From: Vicugna vicugna
Lineage: Eukaryota
Direction of reading: 5' to 3'
DNA: 64,000 nt
Assembly: GCA_013265495.1 (NCBI GenBank)
Contig: MU058844.1
Coordinates: 3,973,895-4,037,894 of the forward strand
The position numbers and the translations under genes were made by a program. Shown here in pieces: positions 11,860 to 26,100 of the stretch (position 1 is its first letter; each line of letters opens with the position of its first letter). The notes below the pieces were generated by a model. That model saw only the letters and a program-made list of their open reading frames with translations, was not told the DNA's origin and made no database searches.

Positions 11860-12900
11860 CTTCATTAATTAATAAAAATAATTTTTGAGTGCTCACTGTA
11901 TGTAGGTGCCATGATAGGTTCCAGCAGTGGGCAATGAAGGGGTCACAGTCACGGTCCTCAAAGACAGACACGTTGAAGGACGCAGAACCTTCACACTGCA
12001 TGAGAAGCCCATCCTAGCACATGCTAACCTGTACAGTGCACTTATGGGAAAAAAGTAAACCCAAATTCTAAGTGAGGGACCCAGGGTAGTTACTCGAAAG
12101 AGGTAACATTTGAGTTGTGTCTTGAAAAATGAAGAGCATTTCACCAGTGGATGGAATTCTAGACCGCAGAAACAACATAGATCAATCATCAAATGCTCAC
12201 TTAACACCACTGTGGGCTAGGCCATGTGCTACAGACTGGAATAAAAGAGTGAGCAAGAGAATAAGGTCTCTGCCAGCAATGCATTTTTCACTTGAGTGGG
12301 AATTTGAAGGATTAACTACAGGTGACTTACCTTTTAAAAGTACAAAAAAACCTCTGCTAAGGAGATTTAATTTGGGCATACAGAGGATAAGAGGGAAGCA
12401 GGGATACTTCTTGAGGAAGTGACACTGAAGTTAAAGCCCGGAGGATGACAGGAGAATTAACTGGCCTAAGTGGCTTATGGAGTTGGAAGAGCATTAAGAG
12501 GCAATACCATGTCTAATGGCCCTGAGGCAGTAATCAGCTGTGTCTAAAGATGAGCCTGGCTTGAAGATAAACAAAAGAGCCTGGAGAGGCCTACTAGGCT
12601 CTAGAGAGGTAAGCGGGGGCTAGCAGAGGAATACCCATGAACAACCTCAACGAAGCCATGGAAGGATTTAAAAAGAGAGGAGTAAAGTGATCTAATTTGT
12701 AATCTTAAAAATCACTCTGACTTCAAAGGTCACAAAACAAAGCCACAAGGTTGTGAAAGACATGGCACACTCAGGCATTTCAGATAATTTTATAAGGCTG
12801 GAGTCCAGGGCCTAAGGTGGAGAGTCTCAGGAAATGCAGGCTGGAGCCAGATCCTGAAGGAAGATCCTTCAGTCTCAGGGTAGGACTTGTGCATTTTATC
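11860..12900 (-). mobile_element. Cluster of L2 fragments
   Basis: Repeated reverse-L2 motifs (ttcattaattaataaaaat...gtgctcactgtatgtaggtgcc; ttcttgaggaagtgacactgaagtt; aaaaatcactctgact). Confidence 0.7.
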
Positions 12901-14744
12901 CAGCAGGGGATAAAGGTATCTTGATTTATATATAGGAGAACAAAACATTCAGACCATAAGAATCATGCCAAAATGCTTCATGCTTACCCAGGATATTGCA
13001 ACTACTAAGATAGATAATGGATTGACAAATTTCCTAGTTTATGTAAGCTAGAAAGAAAAGACAAAACAAAACAAAACAATACATTTCAACTAACAAGAAC
13101 TACCTGGTTTCTGTTTTCCCATTACTTGAGGTTTGTTGAGGACTTCAAATGTAAAAAGACACAGACTTGGACAGGGCAGAGAAGAGCAACTAAGTCCTTG
13201 TTATATAACGCCTGGTGGGGTGGACTTTTTGGTAAACCTTATGTGAGCTCCCAAGGATGTGCCCAGGCATATACCAGAATAGTGCCTGCCTATGTGATGC
13301 AACCTAACACTGCCTCTACTTGCTGCAATTTTACTTTGTGCCTCTGGGTAGGTAATTACAGATTGTTTGATCTTAGTCAATAAAATACTATTCAATTTCC
13401 CCTGAAGACATCAGAGATGTATTAACTATATTAATACATAGTAAAAATATTTTCCCACGCCACTATTTGAATTTCAAGCATACATTTCTATTCATTTAAT
13501 TTCCAGCTACTTACACAGGCTCTTTAAGATAGAGACCAAGAGCAAATTAAAAATATAAGAACATTACTCATATTTCTGGAGGTAAAGATGGATGGATGTT
13601 CATTCAGTAAATTACACCTACTCTCAGGGAAACTGCTGTTGATGACACTCATGAAGGTTAACTTCTTGATCAGTCTACACTGGCTGTCTCCTCTGACAGT
13701 CTATGTTGTGAAGTTTAAACAGGTGATACAAGAAATACCTACATTCAGAATTTGAGAGATATCTTTGAAAATTCAGTGGAATCCTGATTGTATTAATTCT
13801 ATCATTTGTTTTATACAAATCATGGTCCAAATTCTGCCCCTTAATTCACTATAACCCCTCAGAGTTTCTCTGTAAAACTGAAAGCAATCCTTTTTTCACA
13901 CCTTCTGTGTCATCATAAAGAGATAACATTGTATTTAACAACTTATGAGATCTCTAGTTGAAAGTGTACTTGCAGCAGTGGTAGATTTGGGGGAGAAACA
14001 AAGACCTTGTGCTTGTCCAATGATTATTAAGTAAATAAACCTCATCAATATATTCACAAAGACTAGGAGAGAAAATCACACCCTGAACTAAAGACCATTG
14101 CCACCTTGGAAGTGTGATTCAGTTTGTATTCTTGTTAATTTGGTGAAATATACAGTGCTAAAATTTGGATTGTTTTCTGAAAATAAACCAAATGTTTTCT
14201 GTATACTTCAATATACCATACCATATGACATTATCAGGCTAAATAAATATACTTTTTAACTGTAAATGGTACTATTATTATGTATCCAATAAAAATGTCT
14301 TTAAAACAAGTGAAAGAATTCATGTTTTATGTCAAATATCTTCAAATTACCAGAATCTCTCAGATTATGATGATTCTAATAAGCTTGGTAAGGATATAAT
14401 TGATATAATTTGTAGTAAAAGTTGAAATGATATTCTGAAAATGCATTAGCAATACTGTTAAGATTTGAATTCATTCAACAGTATTAAAAAACATTAAAAT
14501 GCTTTATTTGGGTTTGGTTTTGAGAAATATAGACCAGTACAAAATCCAGAGAAGTATGGCGGCCTCACTTTCAAACAGCACATAACCATTTCAGTTTGTC
14601 TGTTATCTAAACTATCTATCAGGCATCTATACATTGAAAATTCTTCCCTGTTCTAGATGCCCATCTTCCCAGTATTTGTGAGAAGTGCTGCAAGGTGGTT
14701 TCATCATCATAGCTGCCTGGGCTAGGAGCTGTTCTCTAGTATAT

Positions 14745-14853
14745 AAAATGACAGTACAACTGATCATCCAAATGAAAGGAGTGCTATCAATAAAACTGGT
14801 ACAACAGATATAAACTGGATGCTCCTGGGAAGCCAGGAGTAACAGTCATCCTA
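14745..14853. mobile_element. MER94-like hAT-Blackjack MITE (internally deleted)
   Basis: tcatccaaa...gaaaggagtgctatcaataa...acaacagatataaactgga...gtcatccta. Confidence 0.55.
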
Positions 14854-15241
14854 TTTAATCTTTCTGTCAATTCTTTATTTTAACTCTCTTAAATTTTCCC
14901 CTTCCTTTTTATTGCTTCTGTCCCCATCCATACACTGAGCTCAAAAGCACCCTCCTCACTCTCTTGCTAGTCTTCTGCCCCTCTCCCCTGTGCTAAATGT
15001 ACTGGAAACTCCGTATCTGGTGCCACTCCCTTGCTCAAGAACCTACAGTGAATCTGCAGTGTTTCTCCCCTAAAGAATCAACTACTCTTTGGGGCTTTTG
15101 AGGACTAGTTTAATCTGTATCTACTTACCTCCAGTTATCTCCTAACCACAGCATTGGATTCCCCAGAAGCATCAATTTGTTTTTTCTTTTTTCTTTTTTT
15201 TGCTTTTGCAAATGCTACTTGGTCAGCCTAGAGTGTCCACA

Positions 15242-15296
15242 TCTACACTACCATGTCTTTCTAATCAAGTTCTACACTACCATCTTCTAATCAAGT
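15242..15296. repeat. Short tandem duplication (29-bp and 26-bp units)
   Basis: tctacactaccatgtctttctaatcaagt followed by tctacactaccatcttctaatcaagt. Confidence 0.9.
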
Positions 15297-16779
15297 TGCT
15301 ATATAATCTTTAAGAATTGTATCAATCCTACTTCCTTTCTTAGAGCCTTCTCTGATATTGAACTCTCCTCCAAACTCCTTAACAACCTTGCATCTAAATC
15401 CTTGATAAACCACTAAGTTTTGCATTCATACTACCTTTTACTACCACTATTACAGGTTTGCGTTTTTAAACAAGTATCTTTGGCTAAATTGTTAATTCCT
15501 TGATGATACAGAATATCATCATTCACTTAAAGGGTGTTTTCAAACATATGATGAGAAAAGTCTCTTTCCCAGCAAAATCGCTTCCTGTTCCCCTCCTACT
15601 GATCTCCCTTTGGCCACGTCTAGAAAGCAAAGCAAGATTAAAAAGCAAAGCACCTGTTTTTTATTTATAATTATCTACCCAGTAAAATCTAAAGCACTAG
15701 CTAGCATCCTCTCCTTACTAAGTGAAGTAAATAAATTCCAATATGTGGCAGTACTACAAATGCAAAGCATAAGCTTCAGTGTTTGGTGCAGTTACCCCGC
15801 ATATCTTAAAAGAAGTTAAAAATACCAGCTTCCTATATAGCACCATTTTGAGCAATACTAGTTGTTACTGTTAATTACTTATCTATTTGCACCCTAAAAT
15901 TATTCACTCAGAGCAATGGCATTAATGATATACTGCTGTAATTTTAAGAAATGAAAGCAGCCTGCTAACTCTTTGATTATTCTCTTTTCCTTTTAAGTCA
16001 ATGCTCATTCATTCAGCATTTATTAAAAACCTACTTTGAATCAAGCCCTTCATGGGGTGAAGCAATAGAGATGAAAGAAAGATAATAAACATGGGTCCTC
16101 TGCCAGAGGAGCTCACATATTTATTGTTTTTGCTATATTCCTCCTTACTTTCATTTAATTTCATAATATAATAGCTTCCCAAATATAAGCAGCTATTTCT
16201 CTGAATGATAACTACAAATGTATGGCAGAATCTAATAGAAGTCACTATTTTACTCAAAAGAGTAATGTTCCACTCTTCATTCATAAGCTTAGTTGTTCAT
16301 TCAAATTCTGTATATTCATTTGTTTATTCCATTCATTCCTTTATTCATTCATTCAGTTACTAAGCAGTTATGAGTTAACTGCTGTAGTTGGCCTTTGGGC
16401 ATAAGCCCGCCATCTCAGCCTTCAAGGTGATGTCAGACTACTGATTTGGTATACATGCTGGTGCTCCAGTAGAGTGCTATGGATATGAAATGAGAAGGGA
16501 GGGGTTGTTGGGATGAGATGGAAACCTTTCACAGAGGAATGGATGATGTGAACTGATATCGAAGGAATAAAAGTTCATAAAATAATTAAGTAAGGAAGGG
16601 TAGTCTTGTTCAAGTAAACTGTATTCACAGAGGCAGGAAGGCTGAGAAAACAATTTCGAGGGACTGGGAGGTAAAGTATATCAAAGAGCCTACTGCAGTT
16701 TTGTTGGGCATAAAAATATGTCCAATTAAAACATGACATTTCCCGGTTTTCCTTTCAAATGAGGATGAAGAATGACAGT

Positions 16780-17100
16780 ATAGCCCAGGCCTGGTTAATG
16801 AGTTAAAACGGGCCCTTGTCAAGTGAGGCTCCAGGCAAACACCTTAAAAGCAAAGTAGGCTCAGCTAGGTTGGGCCTTTTGCTCTTTTCCCTTCCTGGAA
16901 TGTAAACTTGATGCCCAGAGGAAGGATAATGCCCTGTGACCACAAGGCAGAGCAGAAAGATGCCAGAAGACTACAGTCCTGAGACATGAGAGAACAGCTC
17001 TATTGACCCTGCACAGTCTCTTGCAGGCTTTTCATCACTAGAGGGGAAGTTCCTTACGTAGTTAAGCCACTGGTTTTGAGATTTGTGTTTGGGCAGACCA
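16780..17100 (+). mobile_element. Old MaLR LTR (MLT1J/K/L-like)
   Basis: ccttcctggaatgtaaacttgatgcccagagg...gtgaccacaaggcagagcagaaagat...gttaagccactg. Confidence 0.6.
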
Positions 17101-17179
17101 ACGGAGGGAATCTGAACAGACTAGACGAAGCCGACCAAAAGGAGCCCTGCACAACCACAGAGTTTGAACGGTGTTTGGT

Positions 17180-17335
17180 AGAGGTTCTGAAACTCCAGTC
17201 TGTCTGGGAATCACTGGAAGTACCTGTTAAACACACATTTCTGAGCCACACCTGCACAGGTTCAGATTCTGACTCCAGCAGTCAGGGTGTCCCATAGGAG
17301 TTTCAACTTCACTTTTTGATGCTGGTTCTAAGATT
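17180..17335. mobile_element. MER5A-like hAT-Charlie MITE
   Basis: ggaatcactggaagtacctgttaaacacacatttctgagcc...agattctgactccagcagtcagggt. Confidence 0.6.
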
Positions 17336-17589
17336 ATATTTAAACAAGCAAACCAAACCCCACAAATGACAAAAAAGAAATTCTCTCGCAACTGTGGATG
17401 TGGAGCAACTGATGCATCTGCTGTGGTAGGTGAGGCAGGCAGTCTTTTTGCTTCTCTTTCTCTTCTTTCCCATTCTCCTATCATATGTGGGGAGACCAAA
17501 ACCACCACCCACAGTTTTCAAAATCCAAATCTATGACATCTATGTTGGTGCATAAGACTGATGAAGAAAATATTTTATATTTCATTTAG

Positions 17590-17790
17590 CAACCTTGAAA
17601 TAGTGCTTATCACACTACAAGCACTGTTCTAAGAACTTCACAAGTATTAATTCATTCAATTTTTATAAGAATTCTATGTGCTAGGAAATACTATCATCCC
17701 AATCATAGATGTAGAAACTGAGGCACAGAGATGTTAAGTAACTAGGTCATACAGCTATTAAGTAGCTATGCTGCAACACTAATCCTTGGC
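17590..17790 (-). mobile_element. MIR SINE
   Basis: atagatgtagaaactgaggcacagagatgttaagtaact core. Confidence 0.85.
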
Positions 17791-18119
17791 CATTACAGAT
17801 TTATTATTTGCAGTTTCAACTACTTATCAGTGACCAAAACAATTTCATGATTTATTCAACTATAGTTGAGAATAAAACCACTACCACCCTATGGCTCTTC
17901 TGAGACATAAACATCTGGAGAAACAAAGATCTTGTAATTAAAGCAACTAGCATAAATTTGTATATCATGGGCTGTGATGTTAATTTTGATAAGCAAGTTA
18001 CTTTGCTAGTCTAGCTGATCCTCAAACATCTGTTTCTCAGCTTCTTAATTTCTGAGTTTCATGAATTTGAGAATACTCAAAGATCTGGAGCTGTAACCAA
18101 AGTAAATATTATGGGTTTA

Positions 18120-18392
18120 CAGTAGTATTTCCCCAAATATTTTTTTCCTTAAACATTTGTTCCACAAGACGTTCAATTTTAAAAAGCCCTCTTATTTAAA
18201 TACATTTAGGAAACATTAGGCCATACAAAGTCTTTACTGCAGGATTTATCGAAACTTTAATATAGAAAAGCCCATTGTTAAATCTGTAAGAGAAATAATA
18301 TGGAATATTCCCCCAAACTTTGACCAAGGAGTTTTCTTCTTCTGAATTTTTAGTGGTAGCATTGTTCCACAGAACACAGTTCTGGAAATGAT
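18120..18392. mobile_element. Old hAT-Charlie-type non-autonomous DNA transposon
   Basis: Approximate terminal inverted repeats (tatttccccaaa ... gttccacagaacacagttctggaaatg). Confidence 0.45.
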
Positions 18393-20289
18393 TTCTTACT
18401 ATGTATTCAAATTTTAAAATTTTACTATTGTCAACCTGAAGTAATATTTTTTGGCAGAACTATTCATAAAAGATTTTTTGCAAGCTGCAAGGTTGTGTAG
18501 CCGTGTAGATCATAAAGAGTAGAGGAGGAACAAAATGAGAGACAGAATAAAAAACAGATAAATGTAGCTCTCTCCTTACCAACACAAGAAAAACAGGTTT
18601 AGAAATAATTTCTAAATGTTTATATTAGTTTTCTAATTTCTTATGATTTTTATTTTAGTATTTTGCTCTAAATGTTTTCTATTCCTGCCTTTGAGGAGTT
18701 CTGCCCTTTTCCCTTTGAGCTCTGCATGATCCAGTGTTTTGTGTATTTCCCTGCTGGTTTTTCTTCTCCTGATCATAAAGTTGTAACTATAAAGCATATA
18801 AATGTAAAGTTCATCACCTTCCTCCCGCCAGTTGACATCTTTTTTCATAATCAGAAGTTAAGTGGGAGAAGCAATCTTTATGTATGCAGGATAAAAATCA
18901 AATCACATTTTTGTTAATGAGCTAAGTAAATGGAGAAATGCTTGTTATGGGGAAACTGGATAGTAAATAGTAAATAAATATGCCTGAGCTTCTCTGCTAA
19001 GGAAAATGCTCTCGTTAATGTTGGTGCTTTACTATTTTGGTTTTATCAAACATGAAACACAATTTTAATAACTTGATTCTGTGAACTCAAGTCTTTGGAA
19101 GGACTGCTGGATTTAAGACATGCAATAAAACATTCATTTGGATATTTTTCAATTAAATATTTCAGTATTTAAAAAAATTGTTTAAGGGTTATAAAGGACT
19201 GATTAAGTCAACCAATTCAGTCTGGGTCATGGGTGGACTTGTTTACTACCAAATCACTTACTTCTCACACAGTCTGGTTAAAAACATTTTTAATTGAATT
19301 CAGGTGTTCTTTTCTCTTTGGGGAACATGTGTTTTCCAGGGAATGAATATTTTGGAGTATTATTCTGATGTTGCTTAATCTTTCCTATGCGTGAGTGTGA
19401 GTGTGTGTCTCTTTTTATAATTCTATTTTCATTATTAGTAGTAGGTCATTTTTTAATATGTGATATTTATGTTCATTTTATTTTTTTAAGAAAGGAGATG
19501 GCTACATATTATTAATATTAATTACTACTGTTATTCATTCATTTCCAAATGTATTATGTAAAGAGTTTACAAAGATGAATTAAAGGCACTCCAATTTACC
19601 CAAAGAAATGTTCTATCATTTGCATACATAAGCAGTAACAGAATTACAAATCCTATCAATAAAATAAGGTGTCCTCTAATAAAGCCGAGTGCTGCTCACT
19701 TCTCCAATCCCCTTGAACAGAAATTCCCAATCCTCTGTTTATTGTGATAGAATAGAGATTAAGTGAAATCTGGATATTGGCATATTCTTCATGTCTTCTG
19801 TCCTATTTCTGCCTCATATCTTTGTATAGATATCGCCAAGTTATGGTTTCCTAACAAAACACAGTAATCTCATACAAATAGTTAATCAGTCTACTGAAGT
19901 TTTTCAGTGCCCTGTTGGAAACATATCCATAGCCAACTTGCTTAGTAACAGCATAATGCTAAAAGACTAAGTTCTACGATCCCAAACAATCAAAGATCAC
20001 AATCACATGAAACACCACATGAAATATCTGCTCTGTACTTGCCATGACATAATCGTTAATTGCCAGTCCAGGCTAATTTTTAATTGAGACTTATTAGCTA
20101 CCTTTTTGCTTAACCTTAGCTTGGATTTCTAACCAGAGAACCAACTGCCTCATAAATCCACACCCATAGAAATATAGGGCAAATCATTTTTTTTAACCTG
20201 GATTTTTTAAAAGGTTAGATTCTTAATCTGGACTTTCATCTTAAATCTGTATGGTTAATTATTATTATCACAGTTGTTGATGCCTAGGA

Positions 20290-20661
20290 TTGGGCCTTTC
20301 AATACAATGGACAGTAGGCATATGTAGCTACTGGGCACTCAAAATGTAGTTAAGTACAAAGTAAAATGTCCTGTAAGTGTAAAATATATACTAGCTTTAG
20401 AAGACTTAATATAAAAAAAGTAAAATATCTTATTAACTTTTTATTTGATTAAATATTGATGTAGTAATACATTGAATATATTGGGTCATAAATAAAATAT
20501 ACTATTAAGATTAATTATTGTCATCTGGAATTTTTTCCTACTGTTTTAATAAAGGTACTAAAAATTCTTGAAGTACTTATGTAGCTTGTATTGTGGCTCA
20601 TATTACATTTTTCTGATATATTTCATTTCCAAATTTAGAACTGTGTATTTCAACAGCACTG
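20290..20661. mobile_element. MER33-like hAT-Charlie element
   Basis: catatgtagctactgggcactcaaaatgt...ctgtaagtgtaaaatatatactag...gaagacttaatataaaaaaagtaaaatatctt...gtggctcatattacattt...acagcactg. Confidence 0.75.
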
Positions 20662-21119
20662 TTCTAGAGTAGTGCTTTGTTTATAAAATATTTTAAATAG
20701 TACCATTAATTAATAATTTTCAAGAGGCTGAAAAGTGTTGAATGGTAACTTTAAAGAGACAATATTATAAAACTAAGGATTTTAAGTTACATTAGGTTAA
20801 AAGCCTTTCATTTCTAATGAAGTCACCAATTAATTTTGGATAGATGCATATTAAGAAAACATTTTTTGTTCAACTATAATCTCTATTTGCTTACAAAATA
20901 AATACAAATTTTCCCCCTAACTAGAATATATAAGTATCAAGGCACATCATTGTATATATATCCAAATCTCTCAAATTACTGGAGTATCTGTTGCTATAAA
21001 GAAATCTTCAAAGAGAAACATCAACCAATATTAAACTACTTTGAAATAAATCAAATAAAGAATTGTATATATACCAACCAAACCGCAAGGGATGCTTTCA
21101 CTTGCTACATGACATATTT

Positions 21120-21550
21120 CCATTTGCAACAACATGAATGGACCTAGAGATTATCATACTAAGTGAAGTAAGTCAGAAAGAGAAAGAAAAATACTACATG
21201 GTATCATTTATATGTGGAATCTAAAAACAAAATGACATGAACTTATAGAAACAGACTCACAGACCTAGAGAACAAGCTTACAGTTACCGGGTGGAAAGTG
21301 GGGTGGAGGGATAAATTAGGAGTTCAGAATTTGCTGATACTAACTATTATATATAAAATAAAACAGCAAGGTCCTACTGTATAGCACAGGGAACTGTAGT
21401 CAATACCTTGTAACAGCCTGTAATGAAAAAGAATATGAAAAGGTGTATTTATATCTATATCTATATATCTGAACCACTATGCTATACACCAGAAAACTAA
21501 CACATTGTAAATCGACTATACTTCAACAAAAGAAAGAAAGAAACAAACAA
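21120..21550 (+). mobile_element. Cetartiodactyl-type L1 3' end with A-rich tail
   Basis: catttgcaacaacatgaatggacctagagattatcatactaagtgaagtaagtcag...aaggtcctactgtatagcacagggaact...acattgtaaatcgactatacttcaa, then an A-rich tail. Confidence 0.92.
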
Positions 21551-23573
21551 GTAACTTTTAAAAGTAGTGAACTGAGACATTTGATATAAAGTTCAATTAA
21601 TGTAACAGCTTCTAACAACCAAATACACATAAGGATGAAGATGATTACTCACAGAAATGGAAAGATGATGATAAAGTGAAGGATATAAATCAGGATTACA
21701 AACTGATGCCATTTATGAATGTGTTCAGAAAAACAGAAGCAACCTGAAGTTGTAGCAGTATTGCAATCGTTAACAATGGGTATCTCTCAGTAGAAGAATT
21801 ATGGTTCAAGCAGTTTTTGTTTGTTTGATTTTGCTTTGGGTATTCCTTTTTGTTGTTTGTTTATCTGTATTTTCTAATTTTTCAAAAGCATATGTATAAT
21901 AAATATGTGATTTTTAAAAAGTAAGGTGAATTGTAATAGGCCTTACAAGAAAAAAAGAAGTAGGAGATTGCGGAGGGTGGTCCTCAGCAGGACAACGAGA
22001 GGAGAGCCAGACATTGGTGAAAGGGACCTGGGTAAAAAAATGTTGTCATGGCAGCCAGCACATCCCCTGAAATTTGGAGTCAGGTAGTCCTGTGTTCAAG
22101 TACAAGCTCTAAACTATGTTCACGGATAAGATTCTTAACATCTCCAAGGCTGACTGATCATAAAACTTACCTTGAAGGCATGTTGTAAAAATTACATGAC
22201 ATGGTTATGAAAAGTAAGTAGTATCACACTCCTCCTAGAGTTGATGGCAAACAAATGATGAGTAGGCTTTATAACCTCTGTGAGGTGAATCCTTCACACT
22301 TCATCAAGGCCAGCGCCTTTCTGCATTTAGTCTGAAGTTCCTGCCACTCTACGTAGCCTGGGGGAAGGGGCAATGAACAAACCAAGAGAATACACTCTTC
22401 TCCCTCAGTTGCCCATCCAAATCCAAAACTGCAGCCAAGTGTTGGAGAATAATCTCTACTTCTTACTATCCGTTTACATAACCCATTTCCCCATTTATGT
22501 TAGGTAACAACTCATCCAGCTAGTGAATAAATGTTGCTTTTATGTCTGCCACTTTTACTGTGGGCCAGAAATGAACTGACAGAATCAACGGGCACACTGA
22601 CATCCCGGATCCAAACGGAAGCAGGCATCTTAACAGACAGAGAACAAAAACTGAGGGTGTTCAAAATATTTTAGCTGTTTCTGAAAGAGAAGTATTGAGG
22701 AGAAGGTAGGCCATTTGCCCCTGAATTCCTTCTCAAATCTGAAGATTAATGATTCTGAGTTTTACTTTGGTACATGATTAAGATTTTTAGACTGTATAAT
22801 CATAGATTTTAATTCATTAATTACACATATGCTCAAGATACTTTATGCATGTTATCACTTTTTGGTGCTTTTCTCTTTCACAATGTGGTGTGCCTTCATG
22901 AGTTTCCTTTTTATGCGCTTTCATAGCTGACCAACTCCCATCTGAGTGACTGGTAATTTTTTTAATAGATTAATATATTTTATCTGATTATTGTCAAATT
23001 TTGCAAGTCTAGAAACCATTTTTCCTCTTTAAAATATCATATCCTCCCAATGCTGATGTGGCTCTAAATGTTTGATTCTGAACAAGCAATCTCATTTCCC
23101 TTATTTCCAAGTGCTTAAGGGGCTGAGCCTGTAATACAGATAACTGATAAATTATTGATGAACAATTTATAGTCAGATGCTCACCTGCTGTGTGGTTGAC
23201 TTTTAAGTTCAGATGCAAAGATGATATTTATTTAATTTAAATGTTGTTCGTCTTTATAAACTAAGTTATATCTTCTTCCTTGGATGTGAATTTCTAAGCA
23301 ACAGAAATTAATGTATTTAACTTGTTCACATTTGACGTTTGGAGCCTTAAACTTTATTTTTGAAGTATAAAACTATCACTTTAGAACCAGGGCAGAAAGA
23401 AGAGTTTAATTTAGTAGCCAAATGCCAAAACATTATGTAAAAGTCATACTAGAAATAGAGGGTCTTCTTGCCTTTCAGCAGCTAGTAGAGAGTGCCATCC
23501 TGAAGAAACCTTGGCAGATTTTTATGCCAAGTCTACAACTAAGAAGGAAGAAATAATAAATACTGCCCCAGCT

Positions 23574-23630
23574 CACACACACACACATGCACACACATGC
23601 ACACACACAAAATACACACATATACAGACA
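23574..23630. repeat. Imperfect (CA)n microsatellite
   Basis: cacacacacacacatgcacacacatgcacacacacaaaatacacaca. Confidence 0.9.
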
Positions 23631-24156
23631 TTCCCCACACTGCCTCTGTCTTCTAAATGATTCAAATTTTCAAAAGGAAATGAGATGATATAAATGATGG
23701 ATATAAAGGGATAGAGCACATTTTCTTCAAAGATACTAAGAAAAGATCTGATAACAACCGATTTAATTATCTAAACTCATAAAAGGACATAATTTTAAAT
23801 GCAGTTAAATTAGCGAGTGCTAGAGTAACCCAGTCCAAAGAGCCAGCCCTCTAACTTGATTTAGGGAAGGAATGACCGTATCTTTTCTTTCTGATCCCTC
23901 CCCTGTCGGGACACTCTGAAGTCCTTAGCACTTACCGTCATTGGTACACACAAGCCTTCTCTCACTGCATATTATTTTATGTTCCCCCTTCTTTTCTAAT
24001 CTGAGTACTTTTCCCTTCCTTCTTATTGACTTCACCCCATTGTGTCTGCTATATGGCCTTGGAGATATAAGTACTATTGAAAAATACACAGGCTGTGAAA
24101 GATTTTATGTCACAGATCTCTCTTCTTCCTTAATCAACACTCTGTCTTTACTCATA

Positions 24157-24672
24157 TGTGGCAGATTAAATACAGCTGCAAATCCTTGGACATTCCTCCT
24201 GTCCTTACTTTGAATCTGGTGAGCTCTGTGACTGCTTCGGCTAATAGCCTATGGCAGAATTGACATTGTGTTAGTTTCAGAGCTAAGGCCTTAAGAAACT
24301 GACAACTTCTACTTCCTGCCCCTTAGAATGTCGTCTTTGGGAGCCCTGAGATACCAAGCCCCACCTATCCTGAACTCAACATGCTGGAGAAGCCACATGT
24401 AGGCACTCCGCTGACAGTACCAGTTGAGCCCAGTCTTCCAGGCATACCTACTAGGCATCAGACACCAGGCATGTGAGTGAAGTGGGCTACAAACCAGCCC
24501 TTCTCCTACTCACTACCAGTCGGTCAATCCAGCTAATGCCATGCAAAGCCGAAGAATCAACCAGTTGAGTCCTGCCTAAATTCCTAACCTACAAAATTGT
24601 GAGATAATAAGTGGTTGTTTTAAGTCACTACGGTTGAGGTAGTTTGTTAATTAGCAATAGATAACAATAACA
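24157..24672 (+). mobile_element. MaLR solo LTR (MLT1G/H-like), full length
   Basis: Starts tgtggcagattaaatacagctgcaaatccttgg and ends gttttaagtcacta..gtagtttgtt..agcaatagataacaataaca. Confidence 0.85.
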
Positions 24673-24729
24673 TTGTGCAAGTACTACTACTTTATGATTT
24701 CTGGCTGCTGTGAAATGTAGTTTTCTATG

Positions 24730-25830
24730 TATACTTATACCCATGAGTTCTTTTTAATTTGCATCAATATATAATATTGTATTATAGATCTAGTTTTTTT
24801 AAAAATTCTACTCTTTTTTTAAGATTCATCCATGTTACTCTTTGAAAATCTAGTTCTTTGCTTCCAAGTGTTAAAATTGTAGGCAGCATATATGTTGCCA
24901 TCTCTTTAGAGCTACAAACAATACTGTAATACATAAACTTATACATGCTTTTCTGTCAACCAACGTAATAATTTCTCTGGGATATATTCCAAGAAGTAGG
25001 ACTGCCAGATGACAAGGTGTATTCACATTTACTCTCACTTAATACTGCTACATAGCTCTCCATAGTGATACCATACATTTATACTTAGCATATGTACTGA
25101 TATAACAACCCTTTCCTGCCTTCCACTGGATAGATCAACTTTTCTTCTGCTCATTTCAAAGTTATATATTACTTTGTTTTCTACGGGTAATTAACATAAT
25201 ATTAGTCAGGATTCAGTTACAAAGAACAAAATCCTCTTTAGCTAGTTTTAGTGGGGAAGCATTAATTACAAAGTTTTAAATAGTTTATAGACTCATTACA
25301 AGAGCTGAAGAAACACACTCTACATTAAGTTTTAGAAACAATTCAGGGAAATTTTCAGTCATTATTTTTTCAAATAATTATTCCCTTCTATTTACACTTT
25401 TTTCTTCTTCTGTGATTCCTGCTATGCAAGTATGGATTTCTCTTATCTCTTGAGTTTTCTATTTTCCATTTCTATCATTTCTAAATGCCATTTGGATAGT
25501 TTCTTCCATCTGTTTTTGCACCCTGCCTATACATTTATTTTCAACTATATACTTTTAATATACATCCTACCTATGAAATTCTTTCACCTACCATGTTTTT
25601 TTCAAAACTGTAATTTCCAATTGGTCCTTTTTTATCAATGCTTGTTCTCTACTTCATATCACCAGTGTCTGCCCTTACTCCTTTGAGGAAATCAAGCTTA
25701 TTTTAAACCCCGTTCTCTCTGATCTATTCATTGTTTTTCTTCTGGCATAAGCTCTTCAATTTGTTGTTTTTCTTTTCTGCTGCATATCGCAAATTCTCCT
25801 TATTCTTTCCTGTGTGCTTGTATTTCCCTA
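24730..25830 (-). mobile_element. Highly diverged L1 (L1ME/L1M) fragments
   Basis: aagattcatccatgtt; tttctctgggatatattccaagaagtaggactgccag; caattcagggaaattttcagtcattattttttcaaata. Confidence 0.6.
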
Positions 25831-25854
25831 GAGATAGGAAGTTACAATAGCAAG

Positions 25855-26100
25855 TGTGGTACGCAGTCTATGAGACAACTGCTAGTGATCCCTGCCTCCA
25901 CTACTCTTACTTGAGTCATTGTCCCCTCTTGAGTGTGGGCTGGGCCTAGCAACTTGATTCTAATGAGAATATGGCATAGGATATCGCTCTTAAAATTAGA
26001 TTAGAAAAAGACTCTGGGTTCTAACCTCTCTTGCACTCTCCTTTCTTACTCTGATGAAAATCACCTGTCAAGTGCTAAGCTACCCTATGGAGAGGCCTCC
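25855..26100 (+). mobile_element. MaLR LTR 5' half (MLT1F-like)
   Basis: tgtggtacgcagtctatgaga...ttgagtgtgggctgggcctagcaacttg...accctatggagaggcc. Confidence 0.7.
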
